From Nitrosovibrio sp. Nv4 (GTDB taxonomy: Bacteria; Pseudomonadota; Alphaproteobacteria; Acetobacterales; Acetobacteraceae), in NCBI GenBank assembly GCA_943330455.2, contig CALQHT020000003.1:310-64309 (forward strand): a DNA stretch of 64,000 nucleotides, in the 5' to 3' direction. The notes under the pieces were generated by a model. That model had not been told where the DNA came from. It did not search any database and worked only from the letters and a program-made list of their open reading frames with translations. A program made the position numbers and the translations under genes. Of the stretch, positions 1 through 10,005 are shown piece after piece (the first letter of the stretch is position 1; every line of letters starts with the position of its first letter).

Positions 1-371
1 TCCAGCCTGGCACACGGGATTTGACCATCTCCGATCGCCCCGGTCTCGCCTTCGCGGGTGTGACGGTCGGGCCTTGGTTCCGCCGCGCGAACACGCCCGC
101 GTATCGCGCGCCTTGCACGGTCCATTCCGCTCGGGCGCGATCAAACCAATCACGAAATTTGCAGAATATTCCTGGGAGCAACTCAGATGCCACGGTACGG
201 CGCCATACGCCTCGATAACGCCCGAGCGCTGAAATTCTTTTCATGAATCATCAACCGCGGCGCGTGTTGTAACTATCCGGCAACTCCCGCCGTGCTTATT
301 TCTCTTTGCATGAGTTCGAACCGACCGGGACGGGCCATCGCTGGTAACAACCTACAAAGCGGGAGCTTAAC

Positions 372-542
372 ATGATCACCTTCATCAAGACCTGGCTGGA
401 ACTGAAGACCGATCGCCGCGCCGTGACGGCCCTCGAATATGGCCTGATCGCCGGCTTGATCGTCGCCACCGTGGCCGCCGGCTTCACCGTTCTCGGCGGC
501 GACCTGGCGAACAAGTTCAACTCGATGGCGAACAACCTGTAA
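372..542 (+). CDS. flp: Flp/Fap type IVb pilin (56 aa, below the ORF-track cutoff)
   Basis: Hand translation MITFIKTWLELKTDRRAVTALEYGLIAGLIVATVAAGFTVLGGDLANKFNSMANNL*; Flp motif A|VTALEYGLI, hydrophobic helix, GGGAG RBS, directly upstream of cpaA. Confidence 0.95.
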   Translation: MITFIKTWLELKTDRRAVTALEYGLIAGLIVATVAAGFTVLGGDLANKFNSMANNL

Positions 543-564
543 GGCTTCCGCCAAACAGGTGGCA

Positions 565-612
565 TGATCGTCGCGCTCGGCAAGCCTTGGGGCTCGTCGC
601 GGCCGACGATCA
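565..612 (+). promoter_or_regulatory. Stem-loop between pilin and prepilin peptidase (possible attenuator or mRNA stabiliser)
   Basis: 9-bp inverted repeat TGATCGTCG (565-573) / CGACGATCA (604-612); function is inferred only. Confidence 0.3.
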
Positions 613-648
613 GGCGCCAACCCATTCCGACACTGATTGAGGTTTGCG

Positions 649-1155
649 ATGCCGGCCGATTGGACATCGCTTTTTCATTTTGGACTTATTTTGCTGGCTG
701 GCGCGCTGATGTTGATCGCGGCCGGTCATGATGTCGTTGCGCGGACTATACCCAACAAGGTGCCGCTGCTTCTCGCCCTGACGGGCGTCCTCCTTCGATA
801 CATCGACAAGTCCCTGCTTATGGGGCTGGCGTGCGGAGCGACGGTGTTCGTTCTGGCGGCCATCTGCTGGCGGCGTGGCTGGCTGGGTGGCGGCGACGTC
901 AAGCTGCTGGGCGCAGTGGCGATCGCCATCCCGCCGGTACACACGGCCACGTTCATGCTGGTCATGTCGATGACCGGATTCTTTATCGCCATCGCCTTTC
1001 TGATCGGCCGCTCCCTCGGTGTCCCGCCCGGCAAGCCACGCCCGGCGGGTTTCGCCGCCCGCGCCTGGCGGGTGGAACGGTGGCGTCTCGGCCGCGGTGG
1101 CCCATTGCCCTACGCCTGCGCGATTGCCGCCGGCGGATTGTTCGTCCTCTTTTGA
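649..1155 (+). CDS. cpaA: Prepilin peptidase, A24 family (CpaA/TadV)
   Basis: Hydrophobic protein with HDVVARTIPN, GGGDVKL and LPYACAI motifs; ATG at 649 follows GAGG. Confidence 0.92.
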   Translation: MPADWTSLFHFGLILLAGALMLIAAGHDVVARTIPNKVPLLLALTGVLLRYIDKSLLMGLACGATVFVLAAICWRRGWLGGGDVKLLGAVAIAIPPVHTATFMLVMSMTGFFIAIAFLIGRSLGVPPGKPRPAGFAARAWRVERWRLGRGGPLPYACAIAAGGLFVLF

Positions 1156-1167
1156 AGGGAGCGCCCG

Positions 1168-2001
1168 ATGCTCTTCCGCGTCATGTTTTTCGTCCTGATG
1201 GCATTGGGCCTGACTGGATTTGGTACCGCGGCCTGGGTCATGTCCCGACCGCCCGCGCCCCCGGCCGTGGTGGAGGCGCCGGCGCCCAAGAAATTGGTCG
1301 TGGTGGCGGCGCGCGCGATCCATGCCGGCAGCCTGCTGAAACCGGAAGACCTGATCGCGAAAGAGGTCGCCATCGCGTTGGAAAATGGTGAGATCGTCGT
1401 CGAGTCCCCCGACGCGCACCGTGCCCTGATCGGCGCCATGATGCGTCGTGGCATGGGGCCGGGCGAGATAATGCGTTCGGCCGACGTGACCAAGCCTGGT
1501 GAACACGGGTTCCTCGCGGCGGTGTTGGAGCCTGGCAAGCGGGCGGTCACCATCGGCGTCGATGCGACCAGCGGGTCCGCCGGTCTGATCTGGCCGGGTG
1601 ACCGCGTGGATGTGATTTTGACCGTGTCCTCCACCGATCCCACGGTGCGCCCGGGCCGGCGCGTGGCCGCGGAAACCGTGCTGCCGAACGCACGCGTCAT
1701 CGCGATCGATCAGCAACTGGTGCAGGGCGCGGCGCCGACCAGCGGCGACCCGCACAGCCGTACCGTGACGTTGGAAGTGCTGCCGGGTGAGGCGGAGCGC
1801 GTCTCGGTTGCCATGCGTTTGGGTCGACTGTCGTTGTCCTTGCGGTCCGCGGGGGTTGTGAACGCAGGGGCCGATACGCGCGATAAGACGACCTGGGCCT
1901 TGGACGTCTCGTCTGCTGTTGGTAATGATGCCGCCCCAGCCGTCGATAACGTGGTGCGGATCTTCCGTGGCGCTGGCGAGACCAGGGAGTTCAAGTTCTG
2001 A
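1168..2001 (+). CDS. cpaB: Flp pilus assembly protein CpaB/RcpC
   Basis: N-terminal TM, SAF-like domain, PGKRAVTI..GLIWPGDRVDV motif; operon position. Confidence 0.93.
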   Translation: MLFRVMFFVLMALGLTGFGTAAWVMSRPPAPPAVVEAPAPKKLVVVAARAIHAGSLLKPEDLIAKEVAIALENGEIVVESPDAHRALIGAMMRRGMGPGEIMRSADVTKPGEHGFLAAVLEPGKRAVTIGVDATSGSAGLIWPGDRVDVILTVSSTDPTVRPGRRVAAETVLPNARVIAIDQQLVQGAAPTSGDPHSRTVTLEVLPGEAERVSVAMRLGRLSLSLRSAGVVNAGADTRDKTTWALDVSSAVGNDAAPAVDNVVRIFRGAGETREFKF

Positions 2002-3401
2002 TGCGACGGGTTATGATGCGTCCGGCGTTGCGTATGCTGACCGGCCTTGTCCGGATCGTTGCTGTCATCCTCGCCGTCGTGACTCTGGCAGATCCCGCGC
2101 TGGCCCAAGGGGGTGGACAAGGGTCAGCCATGTCCCTGGAATCCGGCACCGGGCGGGTGATGTCGCTGGCCGACCCGGCCGCGAATATCTTCGTTGCCGA
2201 TCCTAAAGTCGCCGAGGTCCGACCGGCCAGCGCCACCAGCCTGTTTGTGTTCGGTATCGCGCCGGGTCACACCACGGTGGCCGCGATGGATGCGGCCGGG
2301 CGGGTGATCGCGCAATACGAAGTCACCGTGCAGCCGTCCGGATTTGGCGCGCGGGAGGCCCAGGCCTCGATCGGGCGTCTGGTGCCTGGCAGCCGGGTGC
2401 AGGTTCGTGCCCAGGCGCGCGGTCTGCTGCTGACCGGTGCCGTCGCCAGCCCCGCCGATGCGGCTCAGGCCGTGGCGATCGCGCGGGGTTACGCCGGTGA
2501 GGCGATGGGTGTGAACAACGAGCTCACGGTGGAAGCACCGATCCAGGTCACCCTGCATGTCCGCATCGCCGAGATGTCGCGCCAGGTGGTGCGGAATCTG
2601 GGCATCAACTGGTCGGCCCTGTCCACGATCGGCAGCATCGCCGGCACGCCCGCCCTGTTGCTGAACGCCAACAACAACCTGCTGAACTGCGGCGGTGGCG
2701 CCGGCATCATCGGAGTTTGCCCTGGTGCCAATTTCAACGGCGTGATCGATGCCCTGGCGCGCGACAATCTGGCCCAGGTGCTGGCCGAACCCAACCTGAC
2801 GGTCATGAGCGGGCAGGCCGCCAGCTTCCAGGTCGGCGGCGAGTATCCCATTCCGGTCAGCCAGAAGAACGGCGAAGTCACCATCGCCTACAAGAATTAC
2901 GGTGTGATGCTGACCTTCGTGCCGACCGTGTTCAACAACGGCCGGATCAACCTGCACGTGAAGCCGGAGGTCAGCGAGACCAACAACCAGAACAGCGTTC
3001 AGTTGGTCGGTGGCAACTCCGTCCTGAACGTGCCGTCGCTGACCGTGCGACGGGCTGAAACCACAGTGGAACTCGGCAGCGGGCAAAGTTTCTCGATCGC
3101 GGGCCTGTTGCAGCAGCAGACGGCGGATACCGGCAGCGGCCTGCCGGGCCTGGGTGACACGCCGATCCTGGGCGCGCTGTTCCGCCGCAGCGGTTTGGAT
3201 CGGACCGAGAAGGAGTTGGTGATCGTCGTGACCCCCTACATTGTCCGTCCGGTCAGCAATCCGTCGCAGCTTTCCTTGCCGACGGACGGCTATACGCCGC
3301 CTCCGGATATCGAGCGGCTGCTGTTCATGCGGCAGGTCTCCGAGCGTCAGGCGCCGGTGCCGGTTCGCATTCCGGGCGCCGCCGGGTTTGTTGTGCAATG
3401 A
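2001..3401 (+). CDS. cpaC: Tad pilus secretin CpaC/RcpA
   Basis: Signal peptide, VADPKVAEV N-domain, BON-like region, LAEPNLTVMSGQAASFQVGGEYP and ETTVELGSGQSFSIAGLL secretin motifs. Confidence 0.95.
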   Translation: MRRVMMRPALRMLTGLVRIVAVILAVVTLADPALAQGGGQGSAMSLESGTGRVMSLADPAANIFVADPKVAEVRPASATSLFVFGIAPGHTTVAAMDAAGRVIAQYEVTVQPSGFGAREAQASIGRLVPGSRVQVRAQARGLLLTGAVASPADAAQAVAIARGYAGEAMGVNNELTVEAPIQVTLHVRIAEMSRQVVRNLGINWSALSTIGSIAGTPALLLNANNNLLNCGGGAGIIGVCPGANFNGVIDALARDNLAQVLAEPNLTVMSGQAASFQVGGEYPIPVSQKNGEVTIAYKNYGVMLTFVPTVFNNGRINLHVKPEVSETNNQNSVQLVGGNSVLNVPSLTVRRAETTVELGSGQSFSIAGLLQQQTADTGSGLPGLGDTPILGALFRRSGLDRTEKELVIVVTPYIVRPVSNPSQLSLPTDGYTPPPDIERLLFMRQVSERQAPVPVRIPGAAGFVVQ

Positions 3402-4036
3402 AGCGCCACGGCAAAAGGGCGATGGGTATGTTCGACCTCGGGATATCATACCAACCGGCCGAAACGGCGACCGGTGCACCGTCTCTCCCCTCGTCATTGA
3501 CGGGATCGACCCGGCAACCCACGCTTGAACGGCAAGGCACGGGTCGCCCGGTCACGCGCGCCAATGACGGTGATGGGACGCCTCTGGGGCATTGTTTCGG
3601 CCGCATGGCTTCAGACGCGTCCGATGACAGGATGGGCCGCTCGGCCAACGCCACCGCAACTGACATCCCAACCACCAACGCGGCTCCCGCGGCCCTGCGC
3701 ATCGGCCGAGCGGTGTTGGCGATGGCGAGCGTGGTCGTCCTGGTCGGGTGCATGGATCGTGACCCGTATCGCCGCACCGATGTGTGGCGTCCGACCGGCG
3801 CGAATTCCAGCAACATCGCCGCTCAGGTGGCCAACCCGAATGACCTGATCCGTGGTCAGAGCGGCGGTCGCGCCGTCACGGGCGCTCAGGTGCTGGCGGT
3901 CGATCGCATCGTGACCGACCAGGCGCGTCCGCTGAACCCGTCGGCGCCGGCGGGCGGAGCGGGTGGTGGCGGTGGCGGAAGTGGTGGCGGCGGCGGATCC
4001 GGTGTCGGTGCCGCGGCGGCCGGGGCCACGCAGTAG
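3398..4036 (+). CDS. Small Tad-associated lipoprotein (CpaD/pilotin-like position); true start uncertain (3398, 3605 or 3632)
   Basis: Lipobox-like VLVGC followed by NIAAQVANPNDLIRG; Gly-rich tail; lies between cpaC and cpaE; the 5' part of the ORF runs through a dispersed repeat. Confidence 0.65.
   Translation: MKRHGKRAMGMFDLGISYQPAETATGAPSLPSSLTGSTRQPTLERQGTGRPVTRANDGDGTPLGHCFGRMASDASDDRMGRSANATATDIPTTNAAPAALRIGRAVLAMASVVVLVGCMDRDPYRRTDVWRPTGANSSNIAAQVANPNDLIRGQSGGRAVTGAQVLAVDRIVTDQARPLNPSAPAGGAGGGGGGSGGGGGSGVGAAAAGATQ
3492..3603 (+). repeat. 112-bp palindromic dispersed repeat, copy A (REP/RPE-like)
   Basis: Ungapped alignment to 47529-47640, 87/112 identical by hand count; inverted ends CGTCATTG...CAATGACG. 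Confidence 0.85.
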
Positions 4037-4070
4037 CGTCCATATCGGAACGGTAAGGAAGCCAATACCA

Positions 4071-5345
4071 ATGCCCGTCGATGGAGTCGTTCTCGGCCCA
4101 GGTGCCACGCAAGGCGTGGATGGTCCGGCCGTTCGACACGACCGGCCGTCGCTGATGGCGTTCGTGACCGACGCGAAATCGGAAGAGGCCCTGCGAGACG
4201 GGCTCGCCGATGTGGTTAGCGGCGACCTGGATATCCGTCGCTCCGGCATCCGGGCCGCGATCGCGGTCATGCAGAAGCAGGCGACGCCACTGACCCTGAT
4301 CGTCGATGTCAGCGGCGAGGATCAGCCGCTGCGCGCACTCGGCGAATTGTCGAACGTTGTAGAGCCGGATGTTTGCGTCCTGGTGGTCGGTGAGATCGAG
4401 CATCTGGACTTCTACCGGGAAGTCACGCGCGGTCTGGGTGCGACGGAATACCTGGCCAAGCCGCTGACCCGCGACAAGGTGGCGCGCCATTTCGGCGTCA
4501 GCCTGCGCGGTGGCGTGGCCACCACGGCCGAGGAGATTCTCAGCGGCCGGGCGGTTTCGATCACCGGGGTGCGCGGCGGCGTTGGCGCGACGACGATCGC
4601 GGTCAATCTCGGCTGGCATCTGGGGGTGACGATGCGCCGCCACACGGTGCTGTTCGATCCTGACATTCACCTGGGTTCGGCCGCCTTTTTGCTGAACACC
4701 CAGCCAGGCCCAGGTCTGCGCATGGCCCTGGAAGCGCCGGAGCGTATCGACGCCCTGCTGGCCGAACGCGCGGCCCAGCCGGTGAACGACCGGCTGCATG
4801 TCCTTGCCGGGGAGGAAATGGTTTCTCTGGGGGCCAATCATGCCCCGGGGGCGGCATCCAGCCTGCTCGACTCACTGCGCCGGCGGTTCAATTTCATCGT
4901 TGCCGACGTGCCATTCGGGCCCGTCGCTTTGTATCGCGATCTGCTCGATCTGGTGGACCAGCGGGTGCTGGTGATGGACCCGTCCTTGGCGTCGGTCCGC
5001 GATACGGTGCGTCTTTTGGCATTGCAGAAGGGCCTGGGACAGGAACAGCGGGCCATCGTCGTGCTCAATCGGATCGGCATTCCGGGGGGTCTGACCCGCC
5101 GCCAGATCGAGGATGCGTTGAAGATGAAAGTCGACGTCGCCATTCCCGATTTGCCACGCCAGATCGCCAACGCAGCCACCATGGGGGAACCGGCCATCGG
5201 CGCCAGCACGACGTTTCGCACCGCCATCACCGATATCGCTCGCCAGGTCGGATCGGTCCGCCTGCTCGATACCGGGGACGATACAGGTAAGGCCGTCAAC
5301 GGCGGCCGGTCGAGCATTTGGCGTAAAGTCAGGGGGCGTGGATGA
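4071..5345 (+). CDS. cpaE: Pilus assembly protein CpaE/TadZ (receiver-like plus MinD/ParA-like)
   Basis: Deviant P-loop TGVRGGVGATT, DPDIHLG; ATG 4071 after AAGGAAG; overlaps the cpaF start. Confidence 0.88.
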   Translation: MPVDGVVLGPGATQGVDGPAVRHDRPSLMAFVTDAKSEEALRDGLADVVSGDLDIRRSGIRAAIAVMQKQATPLTLIVDVSGEDQPLRALGELSNVVEPDVCVLVVGEIEHLDFYREVTRGLGATEYLAKPLTRDKVARHFGVSLRGGVATTAEEILSGRAVSITGVRGGVGATTIAVNLGWHLGVTMRRHTVLFDPDIHLGSAAFLLNTQPGPGLRMALEAPERIDALLAERAAQPVNDRLHVLAGEEMVSLGANHAPGAASSLLDSLRRRFNFIVADVPFGPVALYRDLLDLVDQRVLVMDPSLASVRDTVRLLALQKGLGQEQRAIVVLNRIGIPGGLTRRQIEDALKMKVDVAIPDLPRQIANAATMGEPAIGASTTFRTAITDIARQVGSVRLLDTGDDTGKAVNGGRSSIWRKVRGRG

Positions 5346-6727
5346 GCGCGAGTTTCGTTCCGGCGTTCGGTCGCCGTACCACTGGGACCCAGCCGAGGTC
5401 GGACCGTGTCATCCCGGAAGCGCCAAAGCAGGACGATCTTCCCCCGGCGCTGGCGCCGCTGCACAACGCCGAGATCACCGAATTGCGGGAGGCGTGCCTG
5501 TCGCGCCTGGACCCCAACGTCGTGTCGCTGATGACGTCCGATCGCCTGACGATCGATGTGGAGCGGCTGATCTCGGAAATCGCGACCGAACGGCGGGTCC
5601 AGTTGAACGCTCGGGAACAGCGCGCGCTGGCCGGGGAACTGGTGCACGACATTCTCGGCCTGGGACCGCTGGAGCCGCTGCTGGAAGACGACTCGATCGC
5701 CGACATCATGGTGAACGGGCCGGACAAGACGTTCATCGAGCGGCACGGCAAGGTCGTGCTGTCCAATGTGCGGTTCCGCGACACCCAGCATCTGATCAAT
5801 ATCTGCCAGCGGATCGCCGCCGATATCGGCCGGCGGGTCGATGAATCGAGCCCGATGGTTGATGCGCGTCTGAAGGACGGATCGCGCGTCAACATCGTGT
5901 TTCCGCCTTTGGCGCTCGACGGCCCCTATATGTCGATCCGGAAATTCGGCCGCAAGGCGATCGACTTCGCGCAACTGGTGCAATGGAAGGCGCTGACCCT
6001 GCAGGTCGCCAAGATTCTGGAAATCTGCTCCCAGGCGCGGCTGAACGTGGTGATTTCCGGCGGCACCGGGTCCGGCAAGACGACGATGATGAATGCCATG
6101 TCGCGCATGATTCATCCCAGTGAGCGGGTCGTCACCGTCGAGGACGCCGCGGAACTGCAATTCCAGCAACCGCATGTGGTGCGCCTGGAAACCAGGCCGT
6201 CCAGCCTGGAAGGCCGCGGCGAAATCACCCAGCGCGACCTGGTCCGCAACGCGCTGCGTAGGCGGCCCGACCGCATCATCATCGGCGAAGTCCGCGGTGC
6301 CGAGGCGTTCGACATGTTGCAGGCCATGAACACCGGCCATGACGGCAGCATGTCGACCATCCACTCCAACACCACCCGCGACGCGCTGACCCGTATCGAG
6401 AACATGGTGCAGATGGGCAACATGGGGCTGCCCTCGAAGGCCATCCGCACCCAGATGGTGGGCGCCATCGACATCATCATCCAGATCGAACGCCATCGCG
6501 ACGGCGGCCGCCGGGTCACGCAGGTGACCGAGGTGTGCGGGATGGAAGGCGAGATCATCACCTTGAACGACATTTTCCAGTTTGAGATGCTGGGCGAAGG
6601 TCCGGACGGCAAGCTGTTCGGGCGGTACAAGGTCAGCCGCGTGCCGCCGTCGTTCCAGCGGCGTCTGACGGATTTCGGACTGGAGCGCGCCTGGAAGGCC
6701 GCGATCGACATGGATCTCGCCGCGTGA
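5342..6727 (+). CDS. cpaF: Tad pilus ATPase CpaF/TadA
   Basis: Walker [30 protein letters not shown]. Confidence 0.97.
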   Translation: MSASFVPAFGRRTTGTQPRSDRVIPEAPKQDDLPPALAPLHNAEITELREACLSRLDPNVVSLMTSDRLTIDVERLISEIATERRVQLNAREQRALAGELVHDILGLGPLEPLLEDDSIADIMVNGPDKTFIERHGKVVLSNVRFRDTQHLINICQRIAADIGRRVDESSPMVDARLKDGSRVNIVFPPLALDGPYMSIRKFGRKAIDFAQLVQWKALTLQVAKILEICSQARLNVVISGGTGSGKTTMMNAMSRMIHPSERVVTVEDAAELQFQQPHVVRLETRPSSLEGRGEITQRDLVRNALRRRPDRIIIGEVRGAEAFDMLQAMNTGHDGSMSTIHSNTTRDALTRIENMVQMGNMGLPSKAIRTQMVGAIDIIIQIERHRDGGRRVTQVTEVCGMEGEIITLNDIFQFEMLGEGPDGKLFGRYKVSRVPPSFQRRLTDFGLERAWKAAIDMDLAA

Positions 6728-7695
6728 TCTTCGGCTCCGTTCCCTTGTTGTTGCTGGTCGGCTCCGCCCTGTCGCTGTTGGGCCTGGCGATCAGCGGCAT
6801 CATGGTTTCGCGGGCGCAGCAGCGCGAGGCGCGCCGACGCGTGCGCTTCGATGCCGTGATGGGCCGTCACCAGCGCGGGACCGAGGCCGAACTGGTGACG
6901 TTCCTGCAGCCATCGCGCAACGGCCCCAAAAGCCTGATGGCCACGATCGGCTGGATTTTCGGCTTCCAACTGGACAAGACGGCGCTGTATCCGGCGAAAT
7001 GGTGGGTGGTCGTGATCGTCACCCTGATCATCGCGCGCGGGGTCCAATGGGTGAGCGGGGAGGTGTTGGGCGATATCGCGATCGTGACCCTGCCGATTGC
7101 GTGGATCTTCTTCAGCCGCCGCTATTTCAATTGGTTCGAAAACCGCCGCCGCACCCTGTTGCTGGGCCAGTTCCCCGACGCGTTGTCGATGATCGTTCGC
7201 TCCATTCGCGTCGGGATCCCGGTGATGGAGGCGATCCGCATTGTCGCCCGCGAAACCCCGGCACCGTCGGCCGATGAGTTCACACATCTGCTGGATCAGG
7301 TCGCCATCGGTTCGTCGCTGGAAGACGCGGTGGCCGACCTGGCGCGCCGGTCCGGCCTGGCCGAGTATCGGTTCTTCGCCACCACATTGGCATTGCAGAA
7401 CTCGACCGGCGGCACCTTGAGCGACACGTTGGACGGGCTGGCCGACGTCATCCGCAAGCGCGCGGCGTTGAAATCCCGGGCGAAGGCGCTGACCTCGGAA
7501 GCGCGGGCCAGCGCGATGATCCTGACCGCGCTGCCCTTCGGGACCGGCGGGCTGATGTATGTGGTCAATCCGCCCTATATGATGCTGCTGTTCCAGCACC
7601 CCACGGGAAAGACGCTGCTGATCAGCGCCATCATTTCCCTGAGCCTCGGGGTGATGACCATCCGCACGATTATTCAGAAGAGCCTGCCGTCATGA
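6724..7695 (+). CDS. tadB: Tad inner-membrane platform protein TadB
   Basis: T2SSF-like [26 protein letters not shown]; GTGA overlap with cpaF. Confidence 0.92.
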   Translation: MIFGSVPLLLLVGSALSLLGLAISGIMVSRAQQREARRRVRFDAVMGRHQRGTEAELVTFLQPSRNGPKSLMATIGWIFGFQLDKTALYPAKWWVVVIVTLIIARGVQWVSGEVLGDIAIVTLPIAWIFFSRRYFNWFENRRRTLLLGQFPDALSMIVRSIRVGIPVMEAIRIVARETPAPSADEFTHLLDQVAIGSSLEDAVADLARRSGLAEYRFFATTLALQNSTGGTLSDTLDGLADVIRKRAALKSRAKALTSEARASAMILTALPFGTGGLMYVVNPPYMMLLFQHPTGKTLLISAIISLSLGVMTIRTIIQKSLPS

Positions 7696-7722
7696 GCCGG
7701 GATCGCGGGCCGGGAGCGCACC

Positions 7723-8664
7723 ATGTCAGGTAACGCCCTGCTGCTGTTCGGCGGCATCCTGCTGATCCTGATGTTACTGTCGGGATTTCTGCTGATGCAT
7801 GACATCAAGCGGGAGGAATCGCTCGCCCGCCGCGTCAAGATCATCCATGGGGAGGCCGTGCCGACCGGTATGGCGACGCCGGATGCCGAGGCGGTTCTGG
7901 ACGGGGCAAAAAACGTGGTCGCCAAGGTCGGCCAGGCCATTCTGCGCACCGGGTTGATTTCCCCTCGGACTCGCGACGAGTTGGAGAAAACCCTGGCGGC
8001 TTCGGCTTTGGGAGGGCCACAGGGGGTCGGCATCTTTATCGGGTGCAAGCTTCTGCTGCTCGTTGCCTTGCCGTTTGTTGCCTGGCTGATGTTGCGCGGC
8101 GGCGACTGGCCCGAAATCATGCGCATGATCCTGCCGGCGGGCGCGGGTGTCCTGGGCTTGTTGCTGCCGGATTGGCTGGTCCATCGTTACCGGCAAGGTT
8201 ACCTGGACCGGCTCGAAAACGGGCTGCCCGACGCGCTGGACATGATGGTGATCTGCGCGCAGGCCGGCATGGGTCTCGGGCCGATGGTCATTCGGGTGGC
8301 CGAGGAACTCGGGGTCGCCTATCGCGAGATCGCGTTCGAGTTCGCCACCACAGCCAGCGAATTGCAGGTCCTGAGCGATAGCCGCATCGCGCTGGACAAC
8401 ATGGGTCTGCGGACCGAACTGGATAGTTTCAAGCGCCTGTCAATGTCGCTGATCCAGACGGTGCAGTACGGCACGCCGCTGTCGGATGCGTTGCGCGGCC
8501 TGTCGATCGAGATGCGTCAGGAAATGCTGACGCGTTATGAGACCAAGGCGGCTCGTTTGCCGGTTTTGCTGACCTTGCCGACGATTGTGTTTATTCTGCC
8601 GACAGTCTTCCTAATCGCGGGCGGTCCTGCCATCATCCAGGTCATGAAAGCATTTGCAAATTGA
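7723..8664 (+). CDS. tadC: Tad inner-membrane platform protein TadC
   Basis: GLPDALDMMVICAQAG, QYGTPLSDALR, AARLPVLLTLP. Confidence 0.93.
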   Translation: MSGNALLLFGGILLILMLLSGFLLMHDIKREESLARRVKIIHGEAVPTGMATPDAEAVLDGAKNVVAKVGQAILRTGLISPRTRDELEKTLAASALGGPQGVGIFIGCKLLLLVALPFVAWLMLRGGDWPEIMRMILPAGAGVLGLLLPDWLVHRYRQGYLDRLENGLPDALDMMVICAQAGMGLGPMVIRVAEELGVAYREIAFEFATTASELQVLSDSRIALDNMGLRTELDSFKRLSMSLIQTVQYGTPLSDALRGLSIEMRQEMLTRYETKAARLPVLLTLPTIVFILPTVFLIAGGPAIIQVMKAFAN

Positions 8665-8716
8665 TGTCCGAGATCGGTCGTGGTTCATTCACGCAGGCGA
8701 ACCTGAGTCAGCACAC

Positions 8717-9982
8717 GTGAAAATTCGCATTCTTGCCTTGGTCCTGGGATTGGCCGGTTGTGCCGATTCCGGAAGTTCCAACCTGACATTCGGAACGCCC
8801 GGCTTGAGCGTTGCCGATGCGGCCTTGCGTGGCGGCTCCCCCCAGGTGGCCTTGCAGGTGACGGTCGGCATTCTGGCCCGCAGCCCGGACAACGTCGAAG
8901 CCCTGGCGGTGCGTGGCGATGCATTGACCATGCTGGGACAATTCGATGACGCCGCGGCCAGTTTCAGCCGAGCGTTGCAGCGGGACAGGTCGTCGGTTCG
9001 GGCGAAGACGGGGTTGGGGCGGTTGCGCCTTGCCACCAATCCGGCCGAGGCGGAGATCCTGTTCCTCGAAGTGCTGCAATCGAACCCGCGCGACACCACG
9101 GCGCTGAACAATCTGGGCATCGCGCGGGATCTGCAAGGGCGGCATCAGGACGCGCAACTGGTCTATCGGCAGGCGCTGGGTATCAATCCGGATATGGCGG
9201 CGGGCCAGATCAATCTGGCGCTGTCTTTTGCCATGAGCGGGCAGGGCGCGAATGCGATCCGGCTGATCCAGCCTTTGGCCTCGTCTCCCAACGCCTCGAT
9301 GAAGGTCCGGCACGACTATGCCGCGGTGCTGGCGATGTCGGGACGGCGGGAGGAAGCCGAACGCATCCTGAGCGTCGATCTTTCAGCGGCGGAAGTGCGC
9401 CAGGTGATGGCCGAATTCGACCAGGCCGCGCGTCGGGGTAACACTGAACCGGGAATGGCCGCGCCACCGCCGCCGACCAATCCGGTGGTTCCGGCCGCAT
9501 CCAGGTCACGCGGTGGAACGCCGAACACGTCCTTCATTCTGCCGCCGGCAACCCTCGCGTCGGCGCCCTTCGCCGCGACGGCACCCGCGATCGAAACGCC
9601 GGCCGGCAATGAGCCGGCCGTTCTGCCCGCGGTGGTATCACCGGCCGCCGCGAATGCACAGCCGGTGGAGCAGCCGGTTGCAGCGACCGAGCCGTCTCGG
9701 ACTCTCGTTGCCGCGCCGGAGCCCGCGATATCCGCGGATCGCGTGACGGTGCGGATATCCGCCCTGCCGTCGCGGGACGCCGCCGATGCGGAATGGGCGC
9801 GGTTGCGCGGTCAGTGGGTAACGGATACCGCGGGTTTGGACCATACGGTGGCGACCTATAAACGGTCGGGTCGCACCTATTGGAGTTTGCGGGTGACCGG
9901 CGTCGGATCGACGCAGCAGGCCGCATCGTTGTGCGGTACGTCAGTGACTGCCGCGGCGGAGTGCTCGATCCTGTCCCGCTGA
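8717..9982 (+). CDS. tadD: TadD-like TPR lipoprotein with Pro/Ala-rich linker and C-terminal SPOR-like domain
   Basis: GTG start gives MKIRILALVLGLAGC (lipobox); TPRs with ALNNLGIARDLQG and NLALSFAMSG; C-terminal YWSLRV..AASLC..C pattern. Confidence 0.8.
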   Translation: MKIRILALVLGLAGCADSGSSNLTFGTPGLSVADAALRGGSPQVALQVTVGILARSPDNVEALAVRGDALTMLGQFDDAAASFSRALQRDRSSVRAKTGLGRLRLATNPAEAEILFLEVLQSNPRDTTALNNLGIARDLQGRHQDAQLVYRQALGINPDMAAGQINLALSFAMSGQGANAIRLIQPLASSPNASMKVRHDYAAVLAMSGRREEAERILSVDLSAAEVRQVMAEFDQAARRGNTEPGMAAPPPPTNPVVPAASRSRGGTPNTSFILPPATLASAPFAATAPAIETPAGNEPAVLPAVVSPAAANAQPVEQPVAATEPSRTLVAAPEPAISADRVTVRISALPSRDAADAEWARLRGQWVTDTAGLDHTVATYKRSGRTYWSLRVTGVGSTQQAASLCGTSVTAAAECSILSR

Positions 9983-9986
9983 GCCG

Positions 9987-10005
9987 TCCCGCCCAGGGGG
10001 TGGGA
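9987..10005. terminator. Small hairpin between the convergent tadD and sigma-factor genes
   Basis: TCCCGCCC / GGGTGGGA stem (one G-U pair); no clear U-tract. Confidence 0.3.

Noticed and set aside
21-218. 65-aa ORF upstream of the pilin
   Set aside because: TTG start, no RBS and no recognisable motif; more likely the pilin promoter region.
3950-4010. GGC/GGT-rich tract (and the CCG-rich tract near 24850-24885)
   Set aside because: Explained by poly-Gly and poly-Pro linkers in coding sequence.
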